NCBI RefSeq assembly: GCF_039654945.1 | Contig: NW_027361767.1 | Coordinates: forward strand, 6,820,001 to 6,884,000 | Direction: 5' to 3' | Length of the DNA stretch: 64,000 bases | Source of the DNA: Dendrobates tinctorius | Taxonomy: Eukaryota | In this document: positions 34,231 to 45,551 of the stretch, piece after piece | How positions within the stretch are numbered: the stretch's first letter is position 1 | Layout: the number at the start of each line of letters is the position of its first letter | The notes under the pieces: model-generated | Told to the model about the DNA's origin: nothing | What the model saw: the letters and a program-made list of their open reading frames with translations, nothing else | Databases searched by the model: none | Translations under genes and position numbers: made by a program

Positions 34231-35269
34231 GAGAACGTGACAGAGCCCCTCCAGCCCTTGGGGTAGTAGTTGGCCTTTCTGTGATATATTAATGGAGTTG
34301 TACAGGTCACCACCGGTGTGACCCCACTTCCAGGATTGGCACCCCATCCCTGGCTCAGAAAGGATGGGGTGTAAAAGCAAGTGATGGCAGAAGGTTACAA
34401 TGTGTTCGTCTGTAACTGGGGCAGCGCCACTTATCAAAGCCCCGGTCCATCTTCAGCGTAATACAGCCAGAAAGAAAAAACTACAGTATTTTTTTTATAC
34501 AAAATTTGCATACATTTGCATACATCTTCCTTGTGAATGTCCCTTTAACACAAATATGCCCCTTTAAGAAAATATTAAAGGGATTTTTCCATTGTGTCAT
34601 GAGCTGAACTCGGGCAGAGCTGCTGAGCTCAGTGATTGGCTGCAGCGCTGTTGATGTGACAGGTAATAACAGGCCCTGGGATCAGCGGCTTAGCGTTAGA
34701 CCTGGGGAGGGTGAATAAGGCACAGCTGTGTGTTGGTAGCCGCCACTTGGGTACGTAGGTGTTGAGGGACGGCCTGCAGCGGTTTCTGCTTTGATGACAC
34801 ACGTGGCGGACAGCTGGCGCCTTGTCCTGGTGTGTGGACGCTCCATCACTGCCCCTGACCACTAGGGGGCAGGCATTGTGGCCCTGCGGTGGAGATAAAG
34901 CCGCCCCCGTTCTCCATCTCCGTGCCTGCAGGTTGTGGGGGCAGAACAGCAACTGGAAAATGTGTTGGGTGGATGATGATCGAGGCTCATTCCTCTCCAG
35001 TGAGCACATGACGGCGTGAGTCTGCAGGGAGGCACGCCGTCATCTCAAAGGGGGTCTCCACTACTGGTAAAAGAACAGCCTCATCAACCTGGCTGGTGGC
35101 GCCAGTAATCCCGACCAGCTCCTAGCTTCCTCCTCTGATGAGACAGGTGAGGGGCAATACATGACCGCTGCAGACAATCAGTGATGACTGATCAGCTGCA
35201 GCAGTTCTGGGTGATCCAGTGGCCAAGTGATGCAGCACCACTGGTGGGAGTACAGGATACTGATACTAA

Positions 35270-35780
35270 GGGTGCAGGATAACGACGCTGATAATCGAGG
35301 TACATGATACCATGATACTGAAGGTGCAGGATAATCACACTGACACTTGGGGTAAAAGATAATGACACTTGGGTACAGGATAATGACACTGACACTGGGG
35401 GTGCAGGATAATGACGCTGACACTGGGGGTGCAGGATAATGACGCTGACACTCGGGGTGCAGGATAATGACGCTGACACTTGGGGTACAGGATAATGACA
35501 CTGACACTTGGGGTGCAGGATAATGACACTCGGGGTACAGGATAATGACACTGACACTGGGGGTGCAGGATAATGACACTGACACTGGGGGGGCAGGATA
35601 ATGACACTCGGGGTACAGGATAATGACGCTGACACTGGGGGTGCAGGATAATGACACTGACACTTGGGGTGCAGGATAATGACACTCGGGGTACAGGATA
35701 ATGACACTGACACTGGGGGTGCAGGATAATGACACTGACACTGGGGGGGCAGGATAATGACACTCGGGGTGCAGGATAAG
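35270..35780. repeat. Minisatellite with about 22-bp and 28-bp units
   Basis: Repeats of ggggtgcaggataatgacact(gacact). Confidence 0.92.
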
Positions 35781-36350
35781 GACGCATTTGATATTTGAGG
35801 TACCACTACGTCCCTCGTCCTCCCCGGCCTTCCATTGTCCGCCTATGCTCCCATTGCTCCAGTCATACAGGTGTGAATGTTATCGGGCATGATGCAGGAT
35901 CGCTGCGCTCCGGACTCTGAGGTAAATCTGTAACGAGACACTGGAGGTTTATTGGATCATATTACAGATCACAATCACGGTCGGATACTCGTGTGACGTC
36001 CAGAGATGGGGGGTCGGGGCTGACAGCGGTTTTCGGGGTTATTACATATATATGTGGCTTTTGGCTGTCTTTGTGCCGCCATGGACATTGGGGGCTGTGT
36101 GCAGACCATCAGATTCCAATACAGGGGGCTGTGTAATGGACATCCTTAGTGCCCACTGATTAACCCTTTATGAGCACCTGAAAACCCCATGTCCCCACAA
36201 CTACTAGAAACAGCAGAGCCTGACAAGTCCATTTTTCCCGCCATAGTTTCTTTGGCTGCGGGCAGAGCAATGTCCTTGGCCCCACAGCCGGGGTTACACT
36301 GACGACATACAGGACATATAGTGACAGTCATATAGTAGGCTCACGCGGTG

Positions 36351-39300
36351 TCACTCGCAGAATACCGTGTATACAGACACCACACAGAACAGACTATCAT
36401 TCTGGTACACGTGAGCTGCATAATTGTCAGCGTGGGGGTCCCAGAGGCAGCGGCTGACCACTTTGATGTCTTCCTGCCCTCTCTCGCCCATGGTGGCCAC
36501 ACACAGCATCTTGTATCGTGCAGGTAACACCTTCTTCACCTGGATCCTGATCTCCTCGCTGATCTCCTTCACTAGCGATGGCACTTTTTGGGGGTCATAA
36601 GTGGTGCCCCCCAACCGTAACGGGAGGTAACTTTCCAGAATGTTCCTTATGGCGGAGACCTGGACTTTCTCTGGTGGCCGAGAGGCAAAAGACGGAGGCT
36701 GTGGGGGGTTAGAGAAAGTAGAAAAGATCACTACATGGCTAAGTCGTCCCAGCGGGACCCTCTTCACCTTCAATTTTTCCTCCTTCCTCTAACTAAAAAT
36801 TTTAAACTTCTTGTTTGATACCGTTATATCGGGTTATTCTACTTTTTTACAGTATGGGCTGCAGTTTTTTATTGGTACCACTTTTTGCCCCATGACTTTT
36901 TTTTTTTTTTTTTGAAGGGGTAAAGTAACCAAAAAGATGTGGTTTTGCTATTTCAATTGCACACATGGTGATAATATAATTAAAAAATAAAAATATTTTA
37001 TTTATTTATTATTTGTATTCTTATTTAATTTTGTTTTTTTTATTCTTTGGATTTTATTTACAGGATAAAGTAGTCGATTTGGACGTTTATAATTTTTTAA
37101 ATTTTTCACATTTTTTATTTGTCTCCTCTTGGGGACTCGGATGATTTTCCAACCTCCTGAAAGTCACGGTCAGAATGGACAGCGGCACCTAAAGCGGTTA
37201 CACTACTGCGATCGGAGCGAGCAGTTAGTCCTGAGTCCTCGCCTTAGATACCATATGTTGGGTTCTTTAAACCGAAGCCTGGGCAGAGTGCGCCCCCCCT
37301 CAGTCACCATGGACCCCCGGATTGCTGGCGCCACCCCTGAGTAAGTAGTATGACGAATGGTATAATAACAGGAGCGTGGGGTGATCGAAGCCCTATTAAT
37401 ATCCATCTTTCTTCAGTTCAGCAGGACACTATAAAAAAAAAAAAGCATTTATTATTTTGGGAAAAATGTCCCCATATTTAATACATGGGCCCTTTAAGTA
37501 AAATTTCTTTTCTTCAGAACTGCAAAAAAAAAAGTCACCCCGGCTACGTTCTATTGTTGCCATGGCTACGGAATTTGATGAAGTTCCGAGGCTTTTTCAC
37601 TGCTTAACTCAGAACGCTGGCAAATCTCGTCGCCATGGCAACGACAGCATGGGCCCGGGAGTTGTGGCGCGTATACAATGTCAGCGACCATCGAGGCGCT
37701 CGCGACACGCGTATATAGCGCCCGTAAGGAAGGTGACTGGTTTGAGGGGAAGAGGCATGCATGTTTCACAGTGGGGGTGGTCTATGAGGAATTCATGTTT
37801 GGGGGGGCCACATCTGGTATATATCATGTCTACCCCCCGTTTATGATCCAAATGCTGCCCTGGTGGTACCCAAAGGGCAAGATGGCATCACTCACCTGAG
37901 GTTCTACTATTTCAATCTTCTTCACCAGCGCCACTTTCTGGGCTCGTCTCTCCTAACCGAGATACAAGGGTATGAGTACAGCATGGCTGCCATCATCAGG
38001 AACAGGGAACGGGGAGATTTAAGGTCTAAGAAGCCATTGACTGCAGCATGGCAGGGGCACCCCCATAATCAGTGCTGGCCTAAGTGCGCCAATTAAGAGT
38101 GCATGTAAACTCTAAAAGTGACCTCATTAATAGTGGCAGCAAAGGAGTATTCCTATAAAGATTGGCAATGTACCAGCATACCATGACAGTGCCAGCCTAA
38201 GCGTGCCCAAGTAATCAGTGTCAGCCTGAGAGTAATCACGTAAGCAGTGCTATAATGCCCTATAACCAGTGTCAGTCAAAGAGTGATCATATACAGTAAC
38301 TAGTACCCCTCCAGCCTCATAGTGATCACAAAAGCTGTACCAAAGTGCCCCTATAACCAGTGTGAGACAATGGTCATATAACTAGTGCCCCTCCAGCCTC
38401 ATAGCGATCACATAAGCAGGTCCTAAGTGCCCCTATAATCAGTGTCAGACAGTGGTCATATAACTAGTGCCCCTCCAGCCTCATAGTGATCACATAAGCT
38501 GTACCAAAGTGCCCCTATAACCAGTGTCAGACAATGGTCATATAACTAGTGCCCCTCCAGCCTCATAGCATCACATAAGCAGGTTCTAAGTGCCCCTATA
38601 ACCAGTGTCAGACAGTGGTCATATAACTAGTGCCCCTCCAGCCTCATAGCGATCACATAAGCAGGTCCTAAGTGCCCCTATAACCAGTGTCAGACAAAGA
38701 GATCATATAAGCAGTACCAAAGTACTCCTATAACAAGTGCTTTATAGAGAGTGATCACATAAGCAATGACTGAGTGCCCCTCTAAAAAAAATGTAAGCCT
38801 CAGTGATCACAAACATTGCCAAAGTGCCCCTATAACCAGTTTCAGACAGAGTGAACACATACGGAGTACCAAAGCACCCCTTTAACCAGTTTCACACAGT
38901 GATCACATAAGCAGTGTCATAGTCCCCTTATAACCAGTGTCAGAATTCCCCTCTAAATAGTCTGTCATGCTATAAGCAGTGCTAGTGTCCCTATATACAG
39001 TGCTAGACTGAGAGCAATGATATAGGACAATGACTGCGCTATAAAAGAGTCAGCCTGAGAAATGCTAATGTTTCTCTATAACCAGTGCCAGACAGGAATT
39101 GTCCCTATAAACTATCACTGTCCACAGACTGCTGATAATAAGAATACAATGCAGGGAATGGCCCCATAATCAGTGCAGTGACCATGCACCCCGATTAATT
39201 GTGTCAGATAGCGAATAGCCCAATATCCGCTGTCGGAATCTCCCCTGTAAACAGTGCGTCTATAAACTGTCAACCTGCATGGCCCCCATACACAGTGCCA

Positions 39301-42300
39301 GACAAAATGAGCAATATCTCTGCTGCCAGGAAGAGACGTGGGAAGCCAAAAAGTGGCTCTTCAGGTCCACTGAGCAGTGAATATGGTCTGACTACAGAAC
39401 TGGTCCCATAATAACTCCTGTAGATGGATGTCCGTCACCGAGCTGCCCATCATGTCACGTGTATCTGAAGCCGCAGTTCGCCATTCATCTGCTGTAAGTA
39501 CTTTATCATAATACACAATATTATTATTTCCCTTTTATAGCCTGCAGGTGGCGCTGTCTCCACTACTACATAATGTGGCTAAGGAAAAATGGACTCTTTC
39601 TAGGCAGTGACTGGAATTAGTGCTGACCCCTACTGGTGAAAAGTGGTATTACAAAATATCGAAATAATCATAGCGTAATGATATGTTGTAATATTAAACC
39701 TTATAATATACTTTGTTCTTTTTGACATGTCACATGCTCGCCGTCCACAAAAGTCTCAACCCCTACTTATCGGAATTTATAATGCCCCCCCATTACCCAT
39801 TGCCGGCAGCCCTCTTCACTGCCGGCCAAATTACTCCCTTGCATCACAAGTTCATCCTGATCCACCTGGTTCATGCTAGACTTACCTTCAGGTTCTTGGT
39901 CATTCTTTGGGCAGCGAGCAGACCGGTAAGACTCCAAGATGCTTGATTAATGATGGACACATTACCCAGGAAGGGCTTACTCCTTATAGGCTACACATGG
40001 GAAAAGTGCGGCATTATTTCATTTACTCGCTCATTAATCCTAGGTGCAATAGAATCATACTTGGCTTATTCCAGCACGGCTGGAGTAAGGTTATAATGCT
40101 ACATGTCATGGAGAAGAGAAATAAAAAATCCGATATCACAGGCGGTAATCACAATAGTTAGGGGTTCTGTGTGTTTCCTGCCCAAAAAAAAGGCGCTAAT
40201 GTATTCAGGGAAGATAATTTCCAGTAGGCAGACTGGACGTCTCCAGCCCACACCAGGGACATCACATGGAAATGCAATATTTCCAGGACATACCTACAAT
40301 ACTCTGATACCAACACTATCCATGGAGAGATCTGTGATCGGGGGACATATTCGCTTCTGTGGGTTCAAGTGCCAGGATTTTCAGCCTTGGGAAAACACAG
40401 AAATGTAATATCTGAATTATGGATAGATCATAGTCAGGATGGTGAAAGCACTGTACATAGGAGGCAATGTGCGGGGCTCACCCTGTATACAGGAGGCTAT
40501 GTGCGGGGCTCACCCTGTATACAGGAGGCTATGTGCGGGGCTCACCCTGTATACAGGAGGCTATGTGCGGGGCTCAGACTGTACATAGGAGGCTATGTGC
40601 GGGGCTCACCCTGTATACAGGAGGCTATGTGCGTGGCTCAGACTGTATATAGGAGGCTATGTGTGGGGCTCACCCTGTATACAGGAGGCTCTGTAAATAG
40701 GGGATGTGTGGTCTCATACTGTATATGGGGGCTATGTGCAGGCTCATACTGTATACGGGAGGCTATATGGGTCTCACACTGTATATAGTAGGCTATGTGC
40801 GGGCTCACACTGTATATAGGGGATGTGTGGGGGCTCATACTGTACATACAGTTAGGTCCATATATATTTGGACACATTTTTCTAATTTTGGTTCTAGACA
40901 TTACCACAATGAATTTTAAACAAAACAATTCAGATGCAGTTGAAGTTCAGACTTTCAGCTTTCATTTGAGGGTATCCACATTAACATTGGATGAAGGGTT
41001 TAGGAGTTTCAGCTCCTTAACATGTGCCACCCTGCTTTTAAAGGGACCTAAAGTAATTGGACAGATTAAATAATTGTAATTAAAATGTTCATTTCTAGTA
41101 CTTGGTTGAAAACCCTTTGTTGGCAATGACTGCCTGAAGTCTTGAACTCATGGACATCACCAGACGCTGTGTTTCCTCCTTTTTGATGCTCTGCCAGGCC
41201 TTCACTGCGGTGGTTTTCAGTTGCTGTTTGTTTGTGGGCCTTTCTGTCTGAAGTTTAGTCTTTAACAAGTGAAATGCATGCTCAATTGGGTCGAGATCAG
41301 GTGACTGACTTGGCCATTCAAGAATATTCCACTTCTTTGCTTTAATAAACTCCTGGGTTGCTTTGGCTTTATGTTTTGGGTCATTGTCCATCTGTAGTAT
41401 GAAACGACGACCAATCAGTTTGGCTGCACTTGGCTGGATCTGAGCACACAGTATGGCTCTGAAGACCTCAGAATTCATTCGGCTGCTTCTGTCCTGTGTC
41501 ACATCATCAATAAACACTAGTGACCCAGTGCCACTGGCAGCCATGCCTGCCCAAGCCATCACACTGCCTCCGCCGTGTTTTACAGATGATGTGGTATGCT
41601 TTGGATCATGAGCTGTACCACGCCTTCACCATACTTTTCTCTTTCCATCATTCTGGTAGAGGTTGATCTTGGTTTCATCTGTCCAAAGAATGTTCTTCCA
41701 GAACTGTGCTGGCTTTTTTAGATGTTTTTTAGCAAAGTCCAGTCTAGCCTTTTGATTCTTGATGCTTATGAGAGGCTTGCACCGTGCAGTGAACCCTCTG
41801 TATTTACTTTCATGCAGTCTTCTCTTTATGGTAGATTTGGATATTGATACGCCTACCTCCTGGAGAGTGTTGGTCACTTGGTTGGCTGTTGTGAAGGGGT
41901 TTCTCTTCACCATGGAGATTATTCTGCGATCATCCACCACTGTTGTCTTCCGTGGGCGCCCAGGTCTTTTTGCATTGATGAGTTCACCAGTGCTTTCTTT
42001 CTCAGGATGTACCAAACTGTAGATTTTCGAAACAATCACTGACCTCAGGGAGACCAGTCAAAGAAAACACTGCGGCAGCCGGCAAAGGCGCTCAATCAGT
42101 GAAATCCTAGGTGCATTGCTCCCTGGGAAATACGAATATGCAAATAAAGTCCGTGGAGCCTCATTTAAGAGTCTCAAACACGGGACTGTAGATTTTGCCA
42201 CTCCTAATGTTGTAGCAATTTCTCGGATGGTTTTTTTTCTGTTTTTGCAGCTTAAGGATGGCTTGTTTCACCTGCATGGAGAGCTCCTTTGACCGCATGT

Positions 42301-43428
42301 TTCCTTCACAGCAAAACCTTCCAAATGCAAGCACAACACCTCAAATCAACTCCAGGCCTTTTATCTGCTTAATTGAGAATGACATAACGAAGGGATTGCC
42401 CACACCTGTCCATGAAATAGCCTTGGAGTCAATTGTCCAATTACTTTTGGTCCCTTTAAAAACAGGGTGGCACATGTTTGTGGATACCCTCAAATGAAAG
42501 CTGAAAGTCTGAACTTCAACTGCATCTGAATTGTTTTGTTTAAAATTCATTGTGGTAATGTCTAGAACCAAAATTAGAAAAATGTGTCCAAATATATATG
42601 GACCTAACTGTATGTACATTATGAGCCCCCACACATCCCCTATATACAGTGTGAGCACGCACATAGCCTACTATATACAGTGTTTAGAAAAATGTTGTCT
42701 CTGTCCAAATATATATGGACCTCGCTGTAGGAAGCTATGTGAAGGCTCATACCGTAGATAGGGGATGTGTGGGTCATACTGTATATAGGGGGGCTATGTG
42801 CAGGCTCATACTGAATATAAACGAGGCTATGTGTGGGCTCATACTGTAGATAGGAGGCCATGTGGGGGCTCACTGTATATAGGGGATGTTAAAATACTTC
42901 ATTCTGCTCAATATTAAGGCACGCAATTATTAAAATAAAATCATAATTAATATTGAGCAAAAATAACTTCAGCCTATTGGTTGGGCCTCCACAGCAGTCA
43001 TGGACTGTCCAGTGGGCTCTTGGGAAAATTAATTGCCCCCACCCCAGGATTGAGCCTGTAATCTCTACTATAATCTCTGCTTCATGGTCCGAATTTGGAT
43101 CGTGAGGGCCGGAGCGGCCGGGGGTCTCCCTCCTGACCCGAACATTACACTGTTGAGTTTGGAACAGGTGAGTCGTGGCCGGGCCGGACCCCTGACCACG
43201 AATGTGCGGCAGGTAATGAGGTCACGCGGGGTCACATATAACCTGCAGATATCCTCACGTATTCTGTAGCTCGTCAGGCTTGTAATAAGCTTATAACGCT
43301 ACAGCAGACATTATAATGTTACAGCTCAGTGAAGACTTTACCATTTTCGGCCCCGATTTGTCAGCATTGTCCAGGCTGATCCGCACGCTGGCCACAGAGG
43401 ATCTTTTCCCACTGGTCTTGGATGCCAT
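36351..43428 (-). CDS. Tctex-1 domain dynein light chain-like protein, 198 aa, 4 coding exons
   Basis: Exons 43342-43428 (GCCGGCCACCATGG Kozak; MASKTSGKRSSVASVRISLDNADKSGPKM), 39886-39990, 37896-37952 and 36351-36698; all GT-AG, all phase 0, no stops. The last exon encodes the Tctex-1 fold (YDP...EISEEIRIQVK...RYKMLC...SRCLWDPHADNYAAHVYQNDSLFCVVSVYTVFCE*). AATAAA at 35948-35953. Confidence 0.85.
37556..37642. promoter_or_regulatory. Pair of RFX X-boxes in the last intron of the Tctex-domain gene
   Basis: GTTGCCATGGCTAC 37556-37569 and GTCGCCATGGCAAC 37629-37642 match the palindromic X-box consensus. Confidence 0.6.
38200..39130. repeat. Tandem repeat, about 82-bp dimer of about 41-bp subunits, degenerate edges
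   Basis: Core cagtgtcagacagtggtcatataactagtgcccctccagcctcatagcgatcacataagcaggtcctaagtgcccctataac. Confidence 0.85.
40450..40848. repeat. 32-bp minisatellite interrupted by a Tc1 (resumes at 42730-42890)
   Basis: Unit ctgtatacaggaggctatgtgcggggctcacc. Confidence 0.9.
40849..42727 (-). mobile_element. Decayed DD34E Tc1 transposon with long TIRs and a rearranged right end
   Basis: TA-flanked ends cagttaggtccatatatatttggac; transposase pieces 41626-42039 (GRPRKT, WTDETK) and 41095-41562 (QMDNDPKH...SPDLDPIE, spacing 34); frameshifts; 157-bp insertion. Confidence 0.92.
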
Positions 43429-44074
43429 GGTGGCCGGCAGCGTCCCCTCTCCAGGCAGCGGCACGGCGGCGTTGTGTTGGGAGACACGGCTGCTGGTAAA
43501 TACAGCGCTGTGTACCTGGAGGAGGAGAAGCCGTCGTGTGTCACCTGCGCTCTGACAACTAAGCCTTTATGTCAATAACCAGAGCCGAGCGGCAGCGGAA
43601 GGGTGCGCTCCATTCAGAGGGGAAAGCCGGGACACAAAGGGTAACCAGGGCTCCGAGAAAGGAGGCACGAAAAACACAGACCCCACCTGCCAGGAAAGCA
43701 GGGGTTGTAATGTGTGAGTATCACCTAGTGCTGCCCCCCCAGAGACAGAAGCCATTCTAGTCAGGGCCATAATGGACAGTAGCCAGCGTCTGGGAAAGCT
43801 GGAGACAATCAGCATGTCCGATGCCCATAGAGTTGTGTCTGTACATCCGGCCCCTCGTCCACCGGCGTATGACATCGGGCCCCTCCGGTCTATAACCTCC
43901 TGCCCCTTATCCCCCCAGTGTATACCCTCTGGCCCCCCACCATGCCATCCACCCTTACAACCAGAACGGCCGGTGGTGCAGAACTCACTGATACCAGCGC
44001 GGTTCTGTAATAAGGGCCACCGGGGTAACAAGTCTGTCCCTGACATTTCTTCCTCCTGACTCTTCCCCCATCAC

Positions 44075-44760
44075 CTGTGAGTGATATTATTGAGAAGTGG
44101 AAGGAACCGCAGCAACTCAGCCACAAAGTGCAGACCCCGTAATGTTATAGAGCGGGGGGCCGAGTGCTGAGGAGCAGAGGCCAGAAAACTCACAAACGCT
44201 CTGCTGACCCCATAACTGCAGAGTCCAGACCTCCTCTGGAATAACATCAGCACAAACACTGCACCCCCGCCGGGAGCTTCATGGCAGAGCAGCTACATGC
44301 AGCCGTACATCAAGCACAAGGCGGAGCGTCGGATGCAGTAGTGTAAAGCCTCCATCACTGGACTCTGGAGGAGACGTGTTCTGTGCAGTGACAGACCACA
44401 CCGCACTATCTGCGTCTGATGGAGGAGTCTGGGTTTGTGGATTCCAGAAGAACGTTACCCCTTGACAACACTGGGCCCGCTGTACCGACGGTGGAGGAGG
44501 ATAATGCTCTGCGCTTATCAGGGGTCGGCGTTGGGCCCTTAGTTCTACTAAAGGGAAGTCTTACATTTTCAGCATAAGACATTGTGACAAATGTATCTTC
44601 CAGCTTTCTGGTATGTTTGGTGAAGACCCTTTTCTGTTCCCCATGACTGTGCTCCATACAAATATTGAGGGGGAATTTGGTGGAAGAAGTTGACCAGCTG
44701 AACAGAGACTGTGAGCCCAGCCTCCCCCCCCCAACATCAGGGTCTAACCTCCAAAATCCC
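44075..44760 (+). mobile_element. Highly degenerate Tc1-like transposase remnant
   Basis: Recognisable decayed Tc1 coding stretches (aacatcagcacaaacact...cgggagcttcatgg; tggactctggag...gttctg...agtgac; ctgttcc..catgactgtgc); no open frame. Confidence 0.55.
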
Positions 44761-45389
44761 TAGACGCTCAGGTCAGTGCACCTAAAATATAAGCCCCTAT
44801 GACTGGGCCAAAACCTCACCCCCTATGCTGTAAGGATTGCAGGCGCAGTTTCCTCCCTCTCTTTTAGGGTCCGGCTGGCCCCGGCCTGATACAGCAGTGA
44901 TGCAAGTACCTGGTTACACAAACAGTCCTGTCCAGACACGACCTGGATAATCACCTACAGATCAGAGGAGAGATACGGCCGAACAACAAGCTATTCACAC
45001 GGCGGGATCTACTGTGCCGGAGAGTAATCCGCTGTGCCGGAGTAATCCCGCCTGGGTGTGCTGCACTGCTATACTGTGTGCACAACCTCCATATAATACC
45101 GGAGGGCGGGCGAAGCTTTACCTAGTGGTCACAAATATAGTGTACTCTAGTATTAAGCCCTCAGCAAAATAACCAGGACCTGCTCATCCTGAACCTCCTG
45201 TTGCATGCAAAATCCTCTCCCAAGATATTTTCCCTGTGACCCAAACGATCAGACATGTCAAAATCTATCTGCCCCATCTTTCTCTCAGCGCATTGCAAGA
45301 CCTCCCATACACAAAAGAAGACAGTTTGGGGGGGGGGGGGGAGGCATTAATGTAATCTCCTCTGACCTCGCTCAGTACCAGATGTGCAC

Positions 45390-45551
45390 TGAACTACGAC
45401 TCCCAGCATTACCTGTAAAGCTGCAAGCCCTCACCTGACACCGCCGCTCCCCGGCTCTGACGATACAACCTCTTATTATAAAGCTCTTAATTAGCGCTAT
45501 TAATTCCACCGCCGCCTTAATTACGGTGACAGCTCCGGTTGCCACGGTAAC
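45390..45551 (-). promoter_or_regulatory. Candidate promoter / non-coding first exon of the Tctex-domain gene
   Basis: X-box GTTGCCACGGTAAC 45538-45551; donor CAG|gtgagg at 45435; ZNF143-like ACTACGACTCCCAGCA near 45393. Confidence 0.5.

Noticed and set aside
35178-35806. Cys/His-rich ORFs resembling zinc fingers or metallothionein
   Set aside because: Translation of the 22/28-bp minisatellite.
36699-36773. N-terminus MKVKRVPLGRLSHVVIFSTFSNPPQ of the Tctex ORF-track call
   Set aside because: It starts at a non-ATG codon and covers a polypyrimidine tract plus CAG acceptor, so it is intron; the exon starts at 36698.
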